The position numbers and the translations under genes were made by a program. This document shows, one piece after another, positions 39,298-47,563 of a DNA stretch of 64,000 nt; positions within the stretch are counted from its first letter, which is position 1; every line of letters begins with the position of its first letter. The notes under the pieces were generated by a model. The model saw nothing but the letters and a program-made list of their open reading frames with translations. It had not been told where the DNA came from and searched no databases. This DNA is from Oscillospiraceae bacterium (lineage in GTDB: Bacteria > Bacillota > Clostridia > Oscillospirales > Oscillospiraceae), in assembly GCA_017502285.1 (NCBI GenBank), contig JAFVVH010000019.1, forward strand, positions 34,432 through 98,431, read 5' to 3'.

Positions 39298-39992
39298 TAT
39301 CCCTCCAATTCCAAAATGATCTCCACCGCGTTCAGGTCGCGGATATCATAGTCCACCCGCAATCCATCCGGAACGGGCTGTCCGCCGGGATTGTACCAAC
39401 CGCACAGGATACCGGCATTGTTGCCCCCCTGAATGTCGCTGGTCAGCGAGTCGCCCACAATGAGCACCTCGTCCTTTTCATAGTCTCCGATGGCGGCGAA
39501 CACGGCATCAAAAAAGCCCTTGCCTGGCTTTTCCACCCCCACCACATCGGAAATAAACACTCCGTCCAGCAGCAGGTCCAGCCCGGAATTTTTCAGCTTA
39601 CCCCGCTGGGCCACCAGTGTGCCGTTGGTAACGGCATACTGCTTTACCTTGCCCCGCAAGCGCTGTACCAATTCCTTGCCGTTGTCGTTAAAGACCACCG
39701 TTTCTCCCAGCCGCACCTGATACTCTGCGTTGAAGGCATCCACACAGCCGGTATCCAGCTCGTGGGCGGCAAAAAACTCCTCAAACCGACCCCGCAGCAC
39801 CTGCTGCTTGGTCAGCTCGCCCAGCTCCAACCGCTTCCAGTAGGAGGCGTTGATGGCAGAATATTCCGCCAACATTTCGTCGGTCAATTCTCCCAATCCA
39901 AATTTTTCAAAGCAAGCGCGGATGGCCGCCCGCTCCGCCATTTTGAACGACAGCAGTGTGCCGTCAATGTCCCACAAAACGACCTTGATCAC
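39297..39992 (-). CDS. HAD hydrolase, YjjG-family nucleotidase
   Basis: WDIDGTLL, VTNG, EKP, VGDSLTSDIQGG. Confidence 0.9.
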   Translation of the reverse strand: MIKVVLWDIDGTLLSFKMAERAAIRACFEKFGLGELTDEMLAEYSAINASYWKRLELGELTKQQVLRGRFEEFFAAHELDTGCVDAFNAEYQVRLGETVVFNDNGKELVQRLRGKVKQYAVTNGTLVAQRGKLKNSGLDLLLDGVFISDVVGVEKPGKGFFDAVFAAIGDYEKDEVLIVGDSLTSDIQGGNNAGILCGWYNPGGQPVPDGLRVDYDIRDLNAVEIILELEG

Positions 39993-41155
39993 AGCTGCAC
40001 CCGCTCAATTCCGGCCACAGCCTCGGCCACCAGCGCTTCAATGTCCAGCTTTTCCTCGGCATACTGCATTTCCCCAATGGTGGGACGCAGACGAGGATGC
40101 CGGGGGGTAAAGACGGTGCAGCAGTCCTCATAGGGCAGGATGGATGTCTCATAGGTGCCGATCTTTCGGGATATCTGCACGATCTCCTCCTTATCCATGC
40201 CGATGCAGGGGCGCAGGATGGGCAGGTCCACCACCGCGCCGGTGCAGGCCATGGCCTCCATGGTCTGGCTGGCCACCTGACCCAGACACTCGCCGGTGAC
40301 CAGTGCCTTTGCCCCGCACCGCTTGGCCACCTCCTGGGCAATGCGCATCATAAACCGGCGCATGACCACGGTAAACAGTTCCTCCGGGCAGGAGCGGCGC
40401 AGTTCCTCCTGAATGGCGGTAAAGGGAACGATATGCAGGGTGAGCCGCCCGCAGTAAGCGGTGAGCAGCCGGGCCAGCTCAATGACCTTTTCCTTCGCCT
40501 CGGGGGACGTATAGGGGTAGGAGAAGAAGTGGACCATCTCCAGCGCCACACCGCGCTTGGCGATCATGTAACTGGACACAGGGGAGTCGATGCCGCCCGA
40601 CAGCAGGGACACCGCCCGTCCGTTGATACCCACAGGCAGACCGCCCGCACCGGGCTCAGCGTCGGCATGGACATAGGCGGCATAGTCGCGCACCTCCACA
40701 TGGACTGTCAGCTCCGGGTTGTGGACATCCACCTCAAGGTTATCATATGCCTCATGCAGCTCGCCGCCCACATACTGACTGAGCTGGATGGAGTTCATGG
40801 GGAAGGTTTTGTCCGCACGGCGGGTCTCCACCTTAAAGGTGCGCGCCGCACGCAGCTTGTCATCCAGAAACTCCTTGGCCGTGTTCAAAATGGCATCTTT
40901 GTCCTTCTCGCAGGGCCGGGCAAGGGACACACCCACGATGCCGAACACCTTTTTGATGGCCTCAAATGCTCCCTGCACGTCACACTCCTCGTTCATGGGC
41001 TCCACATAGGTGGTGGACTGGCGGGTGTATACCCGGAACTGTCCGAAGGGGTGCAGCCGGCGGTGGAGGTTGGCCTGCAGCTTGTCCTCAAAGCTGCGGC
41101 GGTTCAGTCCCTTGAGCACCATCTCGCCCAGCTTGAGCAAAATCATTTCGTTCAT
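39989..41155 (-). CDS. thiI: tRNA 4-thiouridine synthase ThiI
   Basis: GEMVLKGLNR, THUMP domain, LLSGGIDSPV, GQVASQT, EDCC. Confidence 0.95.
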   Translation of the reverse strand: MNEMILLKLGEMVLKGLNRRSFEDKLQANLHRRLHPFGQFRVYTRQSTTYVEPMNEECDVQGAFEAIKKVFGIVGVSLARPCEKDKDAILNTAKEFLDDKLRAARTFKVETRRADKTFPMNSIQLSQYVGGELHEAYDNLEVDVHNPELTVHVEVRDYAAYVHADAEPGAGGLPVGINGRAVSLLSGGIDSPVSSYMIAKRGVALEMVHFFSYPYTSPEAKEKVIELARLLTAYCGRLTLHIVPFTAIQEELRRSCPEELFTVVMRRFMMRIAQEVAKRCGAKALVTGECLGQVASQTMEAMACTGAVVDLPILRPCIGMDKEEIVQISRKIGTYETSILPYEDCCTVFTPRHPRLRPTIGEMQYAEEKLDIEALVAEAVAGIERVQL

Positions 41156-41240
41156 ATCAATACCGTTCCTTTCCGAAAGCGGATATTATCAATTAAGTAT
41201 TATAGTCAAAATTCTCATCTATGTCCATACTATACACCAC

Positions 41241-41277
41241 AAAACAGGGGGCGTGCCAATGGCACGCCCCCTGTTTT
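41241..41277 (-). terminator. Intrinsic terminator
   Basis: AAAACAGGGGGCGTGCC / GGCACGCCCCCTGTTTT. Confidence 0.8.
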
Positions 41278-41672
41278 CAATATTTGCGCTTCAGCACCAG
41301 ATAACAGGCCCAATAGAGCAGCATTATCAGGCACATCGCCCCGGAGGAGAGCATCATCAACTCCTCTTTCCCCATCAGCTTGAACACGATGGTGCCCACC
41401 GCGCAGGTCAGCATAAACCAGTATCCCGCCCACGCCCAGGCTTTGTTGGCCAGAAAGCGGTTTCGCTCGTCCCCGGTCTGCACATCCATCTTTTCGCGAT
41501 ACTCCTCATTTCTCTGATAGCGGATAAACCGCACGACCTGAAGCAGTCCGATTATTATCAGCGCAAAACCCATACTGCCCCAGAATGTATCCACCCGTCC
41601 CGCTATCTCCAGCGCGGTCAAAGCCCCGCCCAGCACGACCCAAAATATACTCATGTAAATTCGTTTGCTCAT
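41277..41672 (-). CDS. Small 4-TM membrane protein (DERN motif)
   Basis: SD AAAGGAGG; four hydrophobic segments; DERNRFLANKA. Confidence 0.8.
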   Translation of the reverse strand: MSKRIYMSIFWVVLGGALTALEIAGRVDTFWGSMGFALIIIGLLQVVRFIRYQRNEEYREKMDVQTGDERNRFLANKAWAWAGYWFMLTCAVGTIVFKLMGKEELMMLSSGAMCLIMLLYWACYLVLKRKY

Positions 41673-41683
41673 GGTATCCTCCT

Positions 41684-41884
41684 TTATTCGGCATTCTCGA
41701 AGCAGAACACCTGCTCAATCGTCATTTCAAAATACTTCGCAATCCGGTAGGCAAGCAGGATAGACGGATTGTACCGACCGTTCTCCAGAGAGCTGATGGT
41801 CTGTCTGGAAACGCCCATCGCCCTGGCAAAATCCTCCTGCCGGATGCCTCGCTCCTTACGGATATCCTCGATCCTGTTTTTCAC
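41684..41884 (-). CDS. XRE-family HTH regulator
   Basis: GVSRQTISSLENGRYNPSILLAYRIA; SD AGGAGGTG. Confidence 0.92.
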   Translation of the reverse strand: MKNRIEDIRKERGIRQEDFARAMGVSRQTISSLENGRYNPSILLAYRIAKYFEMTIEQVFCFENAE

Positions 41885-41906
41885 CCTGCACCTCCTGCCA
41901 CGTTTT

Positions 41907-41968
41907 GTAAAGTTTGCTTTACGCTGTTAGTATACACAGCATCCCACTCCTTGTCAAGCTTGCTTTAC
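41907..41968 (-). promoter_or_regulatory. XRE operon promoter with two palindromic operators
   Basis: GTAAAG-TTTG-CTTTAC (41907-41922) and GTCAAG-CTTG-CTTTAC (41953-41968); TTGACA-17-TATACT. Confidence 0.7.
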
Positions 41969-42046
41969 ATTTCTTTTTTCTTGACGGAAGCAAATTTTCT
42001 GGTTAAACTGGATTTATAATCCATTCATGTATTGGGAGGAATCGGT

Positions 42047-43381
42047 ATGACCGTACAGGAAAAATACCGCGCCAAGCTGCGCACCCCGGAACAGGCAGTG
42101 CAGGTGATCAAAAGCGGCGACTGGGTGGACTACACCACCGCCATGGGCTTCCCCGTTCTGCTGGACGCGGCCCTTGCCGCCCGCCGGGACGAGCTGACCG
42201 ACGTAAAAATTCGCGGCAACCTGATTTTCGGCCCCATCCGCACGGCGGAGTGCGACCCTACGCGGGAACATTTCATTTACAACAGCTGGCACTGCTCCCC
42301 CTACGAGCGCAAGCTGTGTGACGAGGGACTGTGCAACTTCATCCCCATGGTATTCCGCGACGTGGTCCCCTACTACCGCCACTTCCTCACCGTCAATGTG
42401 GCCATGATGTGCGTCACCCCCATGGACAAGCACGGCTACTTCAACCTGTCCTGCTCCACCGGTGTGGCCCGGGGCATTCTGGAAAAGGCCGACGTGGTCA
42501 TCGTGGAGGTCAACGAGAACCTGCCCCGTATTCTGGGCGGCTTTGACGAAGTCATCCACATCTCCGATGTGGATTTCGTGGTGGAGGGCGAGCACGCTCC
42601 CCTTATGGAGATCCCCCCTGCCGCCCCCGCGCCGGAGGACATCCGCATCGCGGAGCATATCCTGCCCTATATTCAGGACGGCGCCACCCTCCAGTTGGGC
42701 ATCGGCGGCATCCCCGGTGTGGTGGGCTCCCGTCTGGCCCAGTCCGACGTGCGGGATCTTGGCATGCACACCGAGCTGTGCTCGGACGCCTACGTAGACC
42801 TGTACGAGGCAGGCAAGCTCACCAACACCAAAAAGACCATCCACCGGGGCAAGGGCGTTACCGGCATCGCCTTTGGCTCCCGGCGGCTGTACGACTGGCT
42901 GGATGAGAACCCCGGCGTGATGATCTGCCCGCTGGAGTACGTCAACTCCCCCCACACCATCGCCAGCCACGACAACATGATCTCCATCAACAGCTGTATC
43001 AGCGTGGACCTGTTCGGTCAGGTCACCGCCGAAAGCTCCGCTCTGCGCCACATCAGCGGCACCGGCGGCCAGCTGGACTTCCTCACCGGCGCGTGCATGT
43101 CCAAGGGCGGCAAGAGCTTCATCTGCCTGAACTCCACCTTTACGGACAAGGACGGACAGCTTCATTCCAACATCGTCCCCCACTTCCACGGAGACATCGT
43201 TACCGACCCCAGAAGCCAGACCTATTTCGTGGTTACGGAATATGGCGCGGTCAATCTGGTGGGCCGCACCACGTGGGAGCGCGCGGAACTGCTGGTATCC
43301 ATCGCCCACCCGAACTTCCGGGACGAGCTGATCGCCCTGGCGGACAAGCAGAAGATCTGGCGGCATTCCAACAAGCGATAA
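42047..43381 (+). CDS. but: Butyryl-CoA:acetate CoA-transferase (acetyl-CoA hydrolase/transferase family)
   Basis: IKSGDWVDY, PMDKHGYFN, LQLGIGG, MHTEL, HISGTGGQLDF; promoter TTGACG-17-TAAACT 41981-42009. Confidence 0.82.
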   Translation: MTVQEKYRAKLRTPEQAVQVIKSGDWVDYTTAMGFPVLLDAALAARRDELTDVKIRGNLIFGPIRTAECDPTREHFIYNSWHCSPYERKLCDEGLCNFIPMVFRDVVPYYRHFLTVNVAMMCVTPMDKHGYFNLSCSTGVARGILEKADVVIVEVNENLPRILGGFDEVIHISDVDFVVEGEHAPLMEIPPAAPAPEDIRIAEHILPYIQDGATLQLGIGGIPGVVGSRLAQSDVRDLGMHTELCSDAYVDLYEAGKLTNTKKTIHRGKGVTGIAFGSRRLYDWLDENPGVMICPLEYVNSPHTIASHDNMISINSCISVDLFGQVTAESSALRHISGTGGQLDFLTGACMSKGGKSFICLNSTFTDKDGQLHSNIVPHFHGDIVTDPRSQTYFVVTEYGAVNLVGRTTWERAELLVSIAHPNFRDELIALADKQKIWRHSNKR

Positions 43382-43388
43382 AAAGTTT

Positions 43389-43423
43389 AACCGCCCTGTG
43401 CCGACGCACAGGGCGGTTGTTTC
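43389..43423. terminator. Terminator hairpin between convergent genes
   Basis: AACCGCCCTGTGC / GCACAGGGCGGTT. Confidence 0.7.
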
Positions 43424-43834
43424 TTACTCCAGCAGCAGCCGCGCTCCCGTCAGGGCAAGGGCATGCAGGGTATCCATCCCCTCGTCCGTCTCCACCCACA
43501 GTTCCTGCCGCTCCAGCACCGTGCCGTCCAGCCGCACCAGTTCCCGCTGTACCGCCACCCACAGCCGGTTCCCCCGGCGGCTGGACAGGGTAATGGTATC
43601 CCGCCCGGACATCCCGTAGCTCACCGCGCTTTTCGCGCTGATCTGCTCCAACAGCCTGCTTTGACTGCCCGGCAGCAGCACCGTTCCACATGTCAGCGGC
43701 CCCGAAACCTCCGTCACCTCCGGGCCCACCACCAACAGTCCCGGGCAACCACCCGTCCCCACCGCAGGGCCAAACCGGGCCACCAGCTGCCGGGCCAGCG
43801 CCTCACCCCGCTCCAACACCGCAAAATCCGCCAC
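43424..43834 (-). CDS. Hypothetical protein
   Basis: SD AAAGGGG + GTG; VSYGMSGRDTITLSS...VQRELVRLDG..ERQE. Confidence 0.65.
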   Translation of the reverse strand: MADFAVLERGEALARQLVARFGPAVGTGGCPGLLVVGPEVTEVSGPLTCGTVLLPGSQSRLLEQISAKSAVSYGMSGRDTITLSSRRGNRLWVAVQRELVRLDGTVLERQELWVETDEGMDTLHALALTGARLLLE

Positions 43835-44006
43835 ACGACCGCCCCTTTCCCCTACAGTTTTGGCCTGTGGGGGCTTTTTTATGTCTTTATCCCGTTTTTT
43901 CGGACGTAATGCCCAATATCTTTGGCCTGTCTTGACTTTTCTCCACAAAATGCGGTATTATTATTCTGTATTATTATTACTTCTGAACGAGCGAGGTATC
44001 CTCTTT

Positions 44007-45989
44007 ATGGCACAGAAGAAAGCAAGCTACGGCAACGAGTCCATCTCCTCCCTGAAAGGGGCTGACCGGGTACGCAAGCGCCCGGGTGTCATCTTCGGCT
44101 CCGATGGGCTGGAGGGCTGCGAACATGCCGTTTTCGAGATCCTGTCCAACGCCATCGACGAGGCCCGTGAGGGCCACGGCAACCTCATCACCGTCACCCG
44201 CTACGCCGACAAATCCATCGAGGTGGAGGACTTTGGCCGGGGCTGCCCTGTGGACTGGAACGAGAAGGAGCAGAAGTTTAACTGGGAGCTGGTATTCTGC
44301 GAGCTGTATGCCGGCGGCAAATACGGCGGCGACGGCGACAACTACGAATACTCTCTGGGTCTGAACGGTCTGGGCTCCTGCGCCACCCAGTATGCCTCGG
44401 AGTTCTTTGACGCAGTCATCCACCGGGACGGCTTTGAGTACACCCTCCACTTTGAAAAGGGCGAGAACATCGGCGGTCTGAAAAAAGAGCCATGGACAGG
44501 CAAAAAGACCGGCTCCAAGTTCCGCTGGAAGCCCGACTTGGAGGTCTTTACCGACATCGACATCCCTGTGGAGTACTTTGCCGACGTCATCAAGCGTCAG
44601 GCCGTGGTCAACGCCGGTGTCACCTTCGTGTTCCGCAATCAGGTGGGCGGCAAATTTGAGACCACCGAGTTCAAGTACGAAAACGGCATTGTGGACTACG
44701 TGACCGAGCTGGCAGGAGAAAAGTCTCTGACCGCCCCGGTGTTCTGGCAGGCCGAGCGCCGTGGCCGGGACCGGGAGGACAAGCCGGAATACAAGGTCAA
44801 GCTGTCCGTATCCTTCTGCTTCTCCAATGTGGTGAATGTGATCGAGCACTATCACAACTCCTCCTGGCTGGAGCATGGCGGCTCCCCGGAAAAAGCCATG
44901 AAATCCGCCTTTGTCTCCGCCATTGACGGCTGGCTGCGTCAGCAGGGCAAGTACCAAAAGACGGAGAGCAAGGTCACCTGGAACGACGTGCAGGACTGTC
45001 TGGTGCTGGTGAGCAACAACTTCTCCACCCAGACCAGCTACGAAAACCAGACCAAAAAGTCCATCACCAACAAGTTCGTTCAGGATGCCATGGCCGACTT
45101 CCTCAAGTCCCAGCTGGAAGTCTATTTCATCGAAAATCCCTTCGACGCCCAGAAGATCGGCGAGCAGGTGCTCATCAACAAGCGTTCCCGGGAAAGCGCC
45201 GAAAAGGCCCGGCTGAACATCAAGAAAAAGCTCACCGGCTCTATGGACATCTCCAACCGTGTGCAGAAGTTCGTGGACTGCCGCACCAAGGACGTGGAGC
45301 GGCGGGAGCTGTATATCGTGGAGGGCGACTCGGCATTGGGCAGCGTCAAGCTCAGCCGTGACGCAGAATATCAGGGCATCATGCCCGTACGTGGCAAGAT
45401 CCTCAACTGTCTCAAGGCCGACTATGCCCGCATCTTCAAAAGCGAGATCATCACCGACCTGATCCGGGTTCTGGGCTGTGGTGTGGAAGTCAGCGAGAAA
45501 CGGGCCAAGGACCTGTCTGCCTTTGACCTTTCCAACCTGCGCTGGAACAAGATCGTCATCTGTACCGATGCCGACGTGGACGGCTTCCAGATCCGCACCT
45601 TGATCTTGACCATGCTCTATCGGCTGACCCCCACCCTCATCAACGAGGGCTACGTGTATATCGCCGAATCCCCCCTGTACGAGATCATCTACAAGGAAAA
45701 GACATGGTTTGCCTACTCCGACAAGGAGAAAAACGACATCGTCAACGGAGAGCTCGCGGGCAAAAAGTGCACCATCAACCGCTCCAAGGGTCTGGGCGAG
45801 AATGACCCGGACATGATGTGGCTGACCACCATGAATCCCGAGACCCGCCGGCTCATCAAGGTCATGCCTGAGGATGTGGAGGCCACGGCACAGGTCTTTG
45901 ACCTGCTGCTGGGCGACGACCTGCAAGGCCGCAAAAATCATATTGCGGAGAATGGGTATAAATATCTGGAGTTAGCAGACATTTCTTAA
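44007..45989 (+). CDS. Type IIA DNA topoisomerase subunit B (GyrB/ParE family; probably topo IV-like)
   Basis: EILSNAIDE, DFGRG, GLNGLG, VEGDSA, PVRGKILN, TDADVDG, KGLGE. Confidence 0.93.
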   Translation: MAQKKASYGNESISSLKGADRVRKRPGVIFGSDGLEGCEHAVFEILSNAIDEAREGHGNLITVTRYADKSIEVEDFGRGCPVDWNEKEQKFNWELVFCELYAGGKYGGDGDNYEYSLGLNGLGSCATQYASEFFDAVIHRDGFEYTLHFEKGENIGGLKKEPWTGKKTGSKFRWKPDLEVFTDIDIPVEYFADVIKRQAVVNAGVTFVFRNQVGGKFETTEFKYENGIVDYVTELAGEKSLTAPVFWQAERRGRDREDKPEYKVKLSVSFCFSNVVNVIEHYHNSSWLEHGGSPEKAMKSAFVSAIDGWLRQQGKYQKTESKVTWNDVQDCLVLVSNNFSTQTSYENQTKKSITNKFVQDAMADFLKSQLEVYFIENPFDAQKIGEQVLINKRSRESAEKARLNIKKKLTGSMDISNRVQKFVDCRTKDVERRELYIVEGDSALGSVKLSRDAEYQGIMPVRGKILNCLKADYARIFKSEIITDLIRVLGCGVEVSEKRAKDLSAFDLSNLRWNKIVICTDADVDGFQIRTLILTMLYRLTPTLINEGYVYIAESPLYEIIYKEKTWFAYSDKEKNDIVNGELAGKKCTINRSKGLGENDPDMMWLTTMNPETRRLIKVMPEDVEATAQVFDLLLGDDLQGRKNHIAENGYKYLELADIS

Positions 45990-46002
45990 GTGGTGAGTTT
46001 TT

Positions 46003-46680
46003 ATGAACCTCTTTGACATTCTGGGCCCTATTATGGTGGGTCCCTCCAGCTCCCATACCGCAGGGGCGGTGCGCATGGGCAGCATGGCCCGCGCCCTGCT
46101 GGGCCAGCCGCCTGTCAGGGCACAGTTGCTGCTCCACGGTTCCTTCGCCTCCACCGGTGAGGGCCACGGCACCCATCAGGCCCTGATTGCCGGGCTGCTG
46201 GGCATGACTCCGGATGATGAGCGTGTCCCCGACAGCTTCGCCCTTGCCAAAGAACACGGACTGAAATTCATCTTTGATACTGTCAATCTGCGCGATGTCC
46301 ACCCCAACAGCGCCCTGATCCGGCTGGAAGGGGCGGACGGCAGCAAAATCGAAGTGGCCGCCTCCTCTCTGGGCGGGGGCCGTATCCGGGTGTTTCAGAT
46401 AGACGGCCTGTCCTGCTCCTTCAGTGGCGAGTTGCCCACGCTGGTAGTCCACAACACCGACCAGCCCGGCTGCGTCAGTCAGGTCACCGGGGTGCTGGCC
46501 CGCCGCGGCCTGAACGTGGCTACTCTCCAGCTCAACCGGGACGGCCGGGGCGAAAGCGCCGTCATGGTCATCGAAAGCGACCACGTGATCTTCCCCGGTG
46601 CCGTAGATGAGATCCGCGCCCTGCCCGGCATCCTGCGGGTCACCCGCTACACCCCGGAGGGGATGGAGGAGGAGCGATGA
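46003..46680 (+). CDS. sdaAB: L-serine dehydratase, Fe-S dependent, beta subunit
   Basis: GPIMVGPSSSHTAGA, SLGGG, C-terminal ACT domain. Confidence 0.93.
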   Translation: MNLFDILGPIMVGPSSSHTAGAVRMGSMARALLGQPPVRAQLLLHGSFASTGEGHGTHQALIAGLLGMTPDDERVPDSFALAKEHGLKFIFDTVNLRDVHPNSALIRLEGADGSKIEVAASSLGGGRIRVFQIDGLSCSFSGELPTLVVHNTDQPGCVSQVTGVLARRGLNVATLQLNRDGRGESAVMVIESDHVIFPGAVDEIRALPGILRVTRYTPEGMEEER

Positions 46681-47543
46681 TCACCTTTGACTCTTTGGAG
46701 CAGATGCTCCTTGATACGAAGCAGTCCGGCCTGCCCCTGTGGGAAAACATCCTGCAAAGCGACTACCGGGCCCAGAACATCACACGGGAACAGTCCCTTT
46801 CCAAAATGACCGGGCTGCTGGATGCCATGATACACGCGGACGAAAGCTACCGGGCCGAGGACCGCTCCGCCAGCGGTCTGTCCGGAGGCGCGGGCGGCAG
46901 GATGTCCGATTATGCCAAGGGCGAGACCCTGTGCGGCCCATTCCTGTCGGAAGTAATGGCCGGCGCTCTGCGCATGGGCGAGTGCAACGCCTGCATGAAG
47001 CGCATCGTGGCCGCCCCCACCGCAGGAGCCTGCGGTGTGCTGCCCGCGGTGCTGCTGCCCTATGCCCGTCAGTTCGGCGCATCCAAAGAACAACTGGTGC
47101 AGGCCCTGTACGTGGCCTCCGGCTTCGGCATGGTCATCGCCCACCGGGCCTCCATCTCCGGCGCCGAGGGCGGCTGTCAGGCCGAGATCGGCTCCGCTGC
47201 CGCCATGGCCGCTCCCGCTCTGGTCCATTTGCAGGGCGGCACACCGGAACAGATGGCCCACGCCTGTGCCATGGCTGTGAAAAACCTGCTGGGCCTTGTG
47301 TGCGACCCGGTAGGGGGTCTTGTGGAAGTTCCCTGTGTCAAACGCAACGTCATCGGGGCAATGGATGCTCTGTCTGCCGCCCAGATGGCTTTGGCCGGCA
47401 TCGAAAGCCGCGTCCCCCCCGATCAGGTACTGGACGCTATGGCCGAGGTAGGCCGCTCCCTTCCCCACATCCTGCGTGAAACCGGAAAAGGCGGTCTGGC
47501 CGCCACCCCCTTTGCCCAACAGTACGCCCCAAAAGAGATTTGA
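46677..47543 (+). CDS. sdaAA: L-serine dehydratase, Fe-S dependent, alpha subunit
   Basis: AAPTAGACG, GGCQAEIG, GLVCDPVGGLVEVPCVKRN, RETGKGGLA. Confidence 0.95.
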   Translation: MITFDSLEQMLLDTKQSGLPLWENILQSDYRAQNITREQSLSKMTGLLDAMIHADESYRAEDRSASGLSGGAGGRMSDYAKGETLCGPFLSEVMAGALRMGECNACMKRIVAAPTAGACGVLPAVLLPYARQFGASKEQLVQALYVASGFGMVIAHRASISGAEGGCQAEIGSAAAMAAPALVHLQGGTPEQMAHACAMAVKNLLGLVCDPVGGLVEVPCVKRNVIGAMDALSAAQMALAGIESRVPPDQVLDAMAEVGRSLPHILRETGKGGLAATPFAQQYAPKEI

Positions 47544-47563
47544 ACGAGTAAGGACTGATCGCT

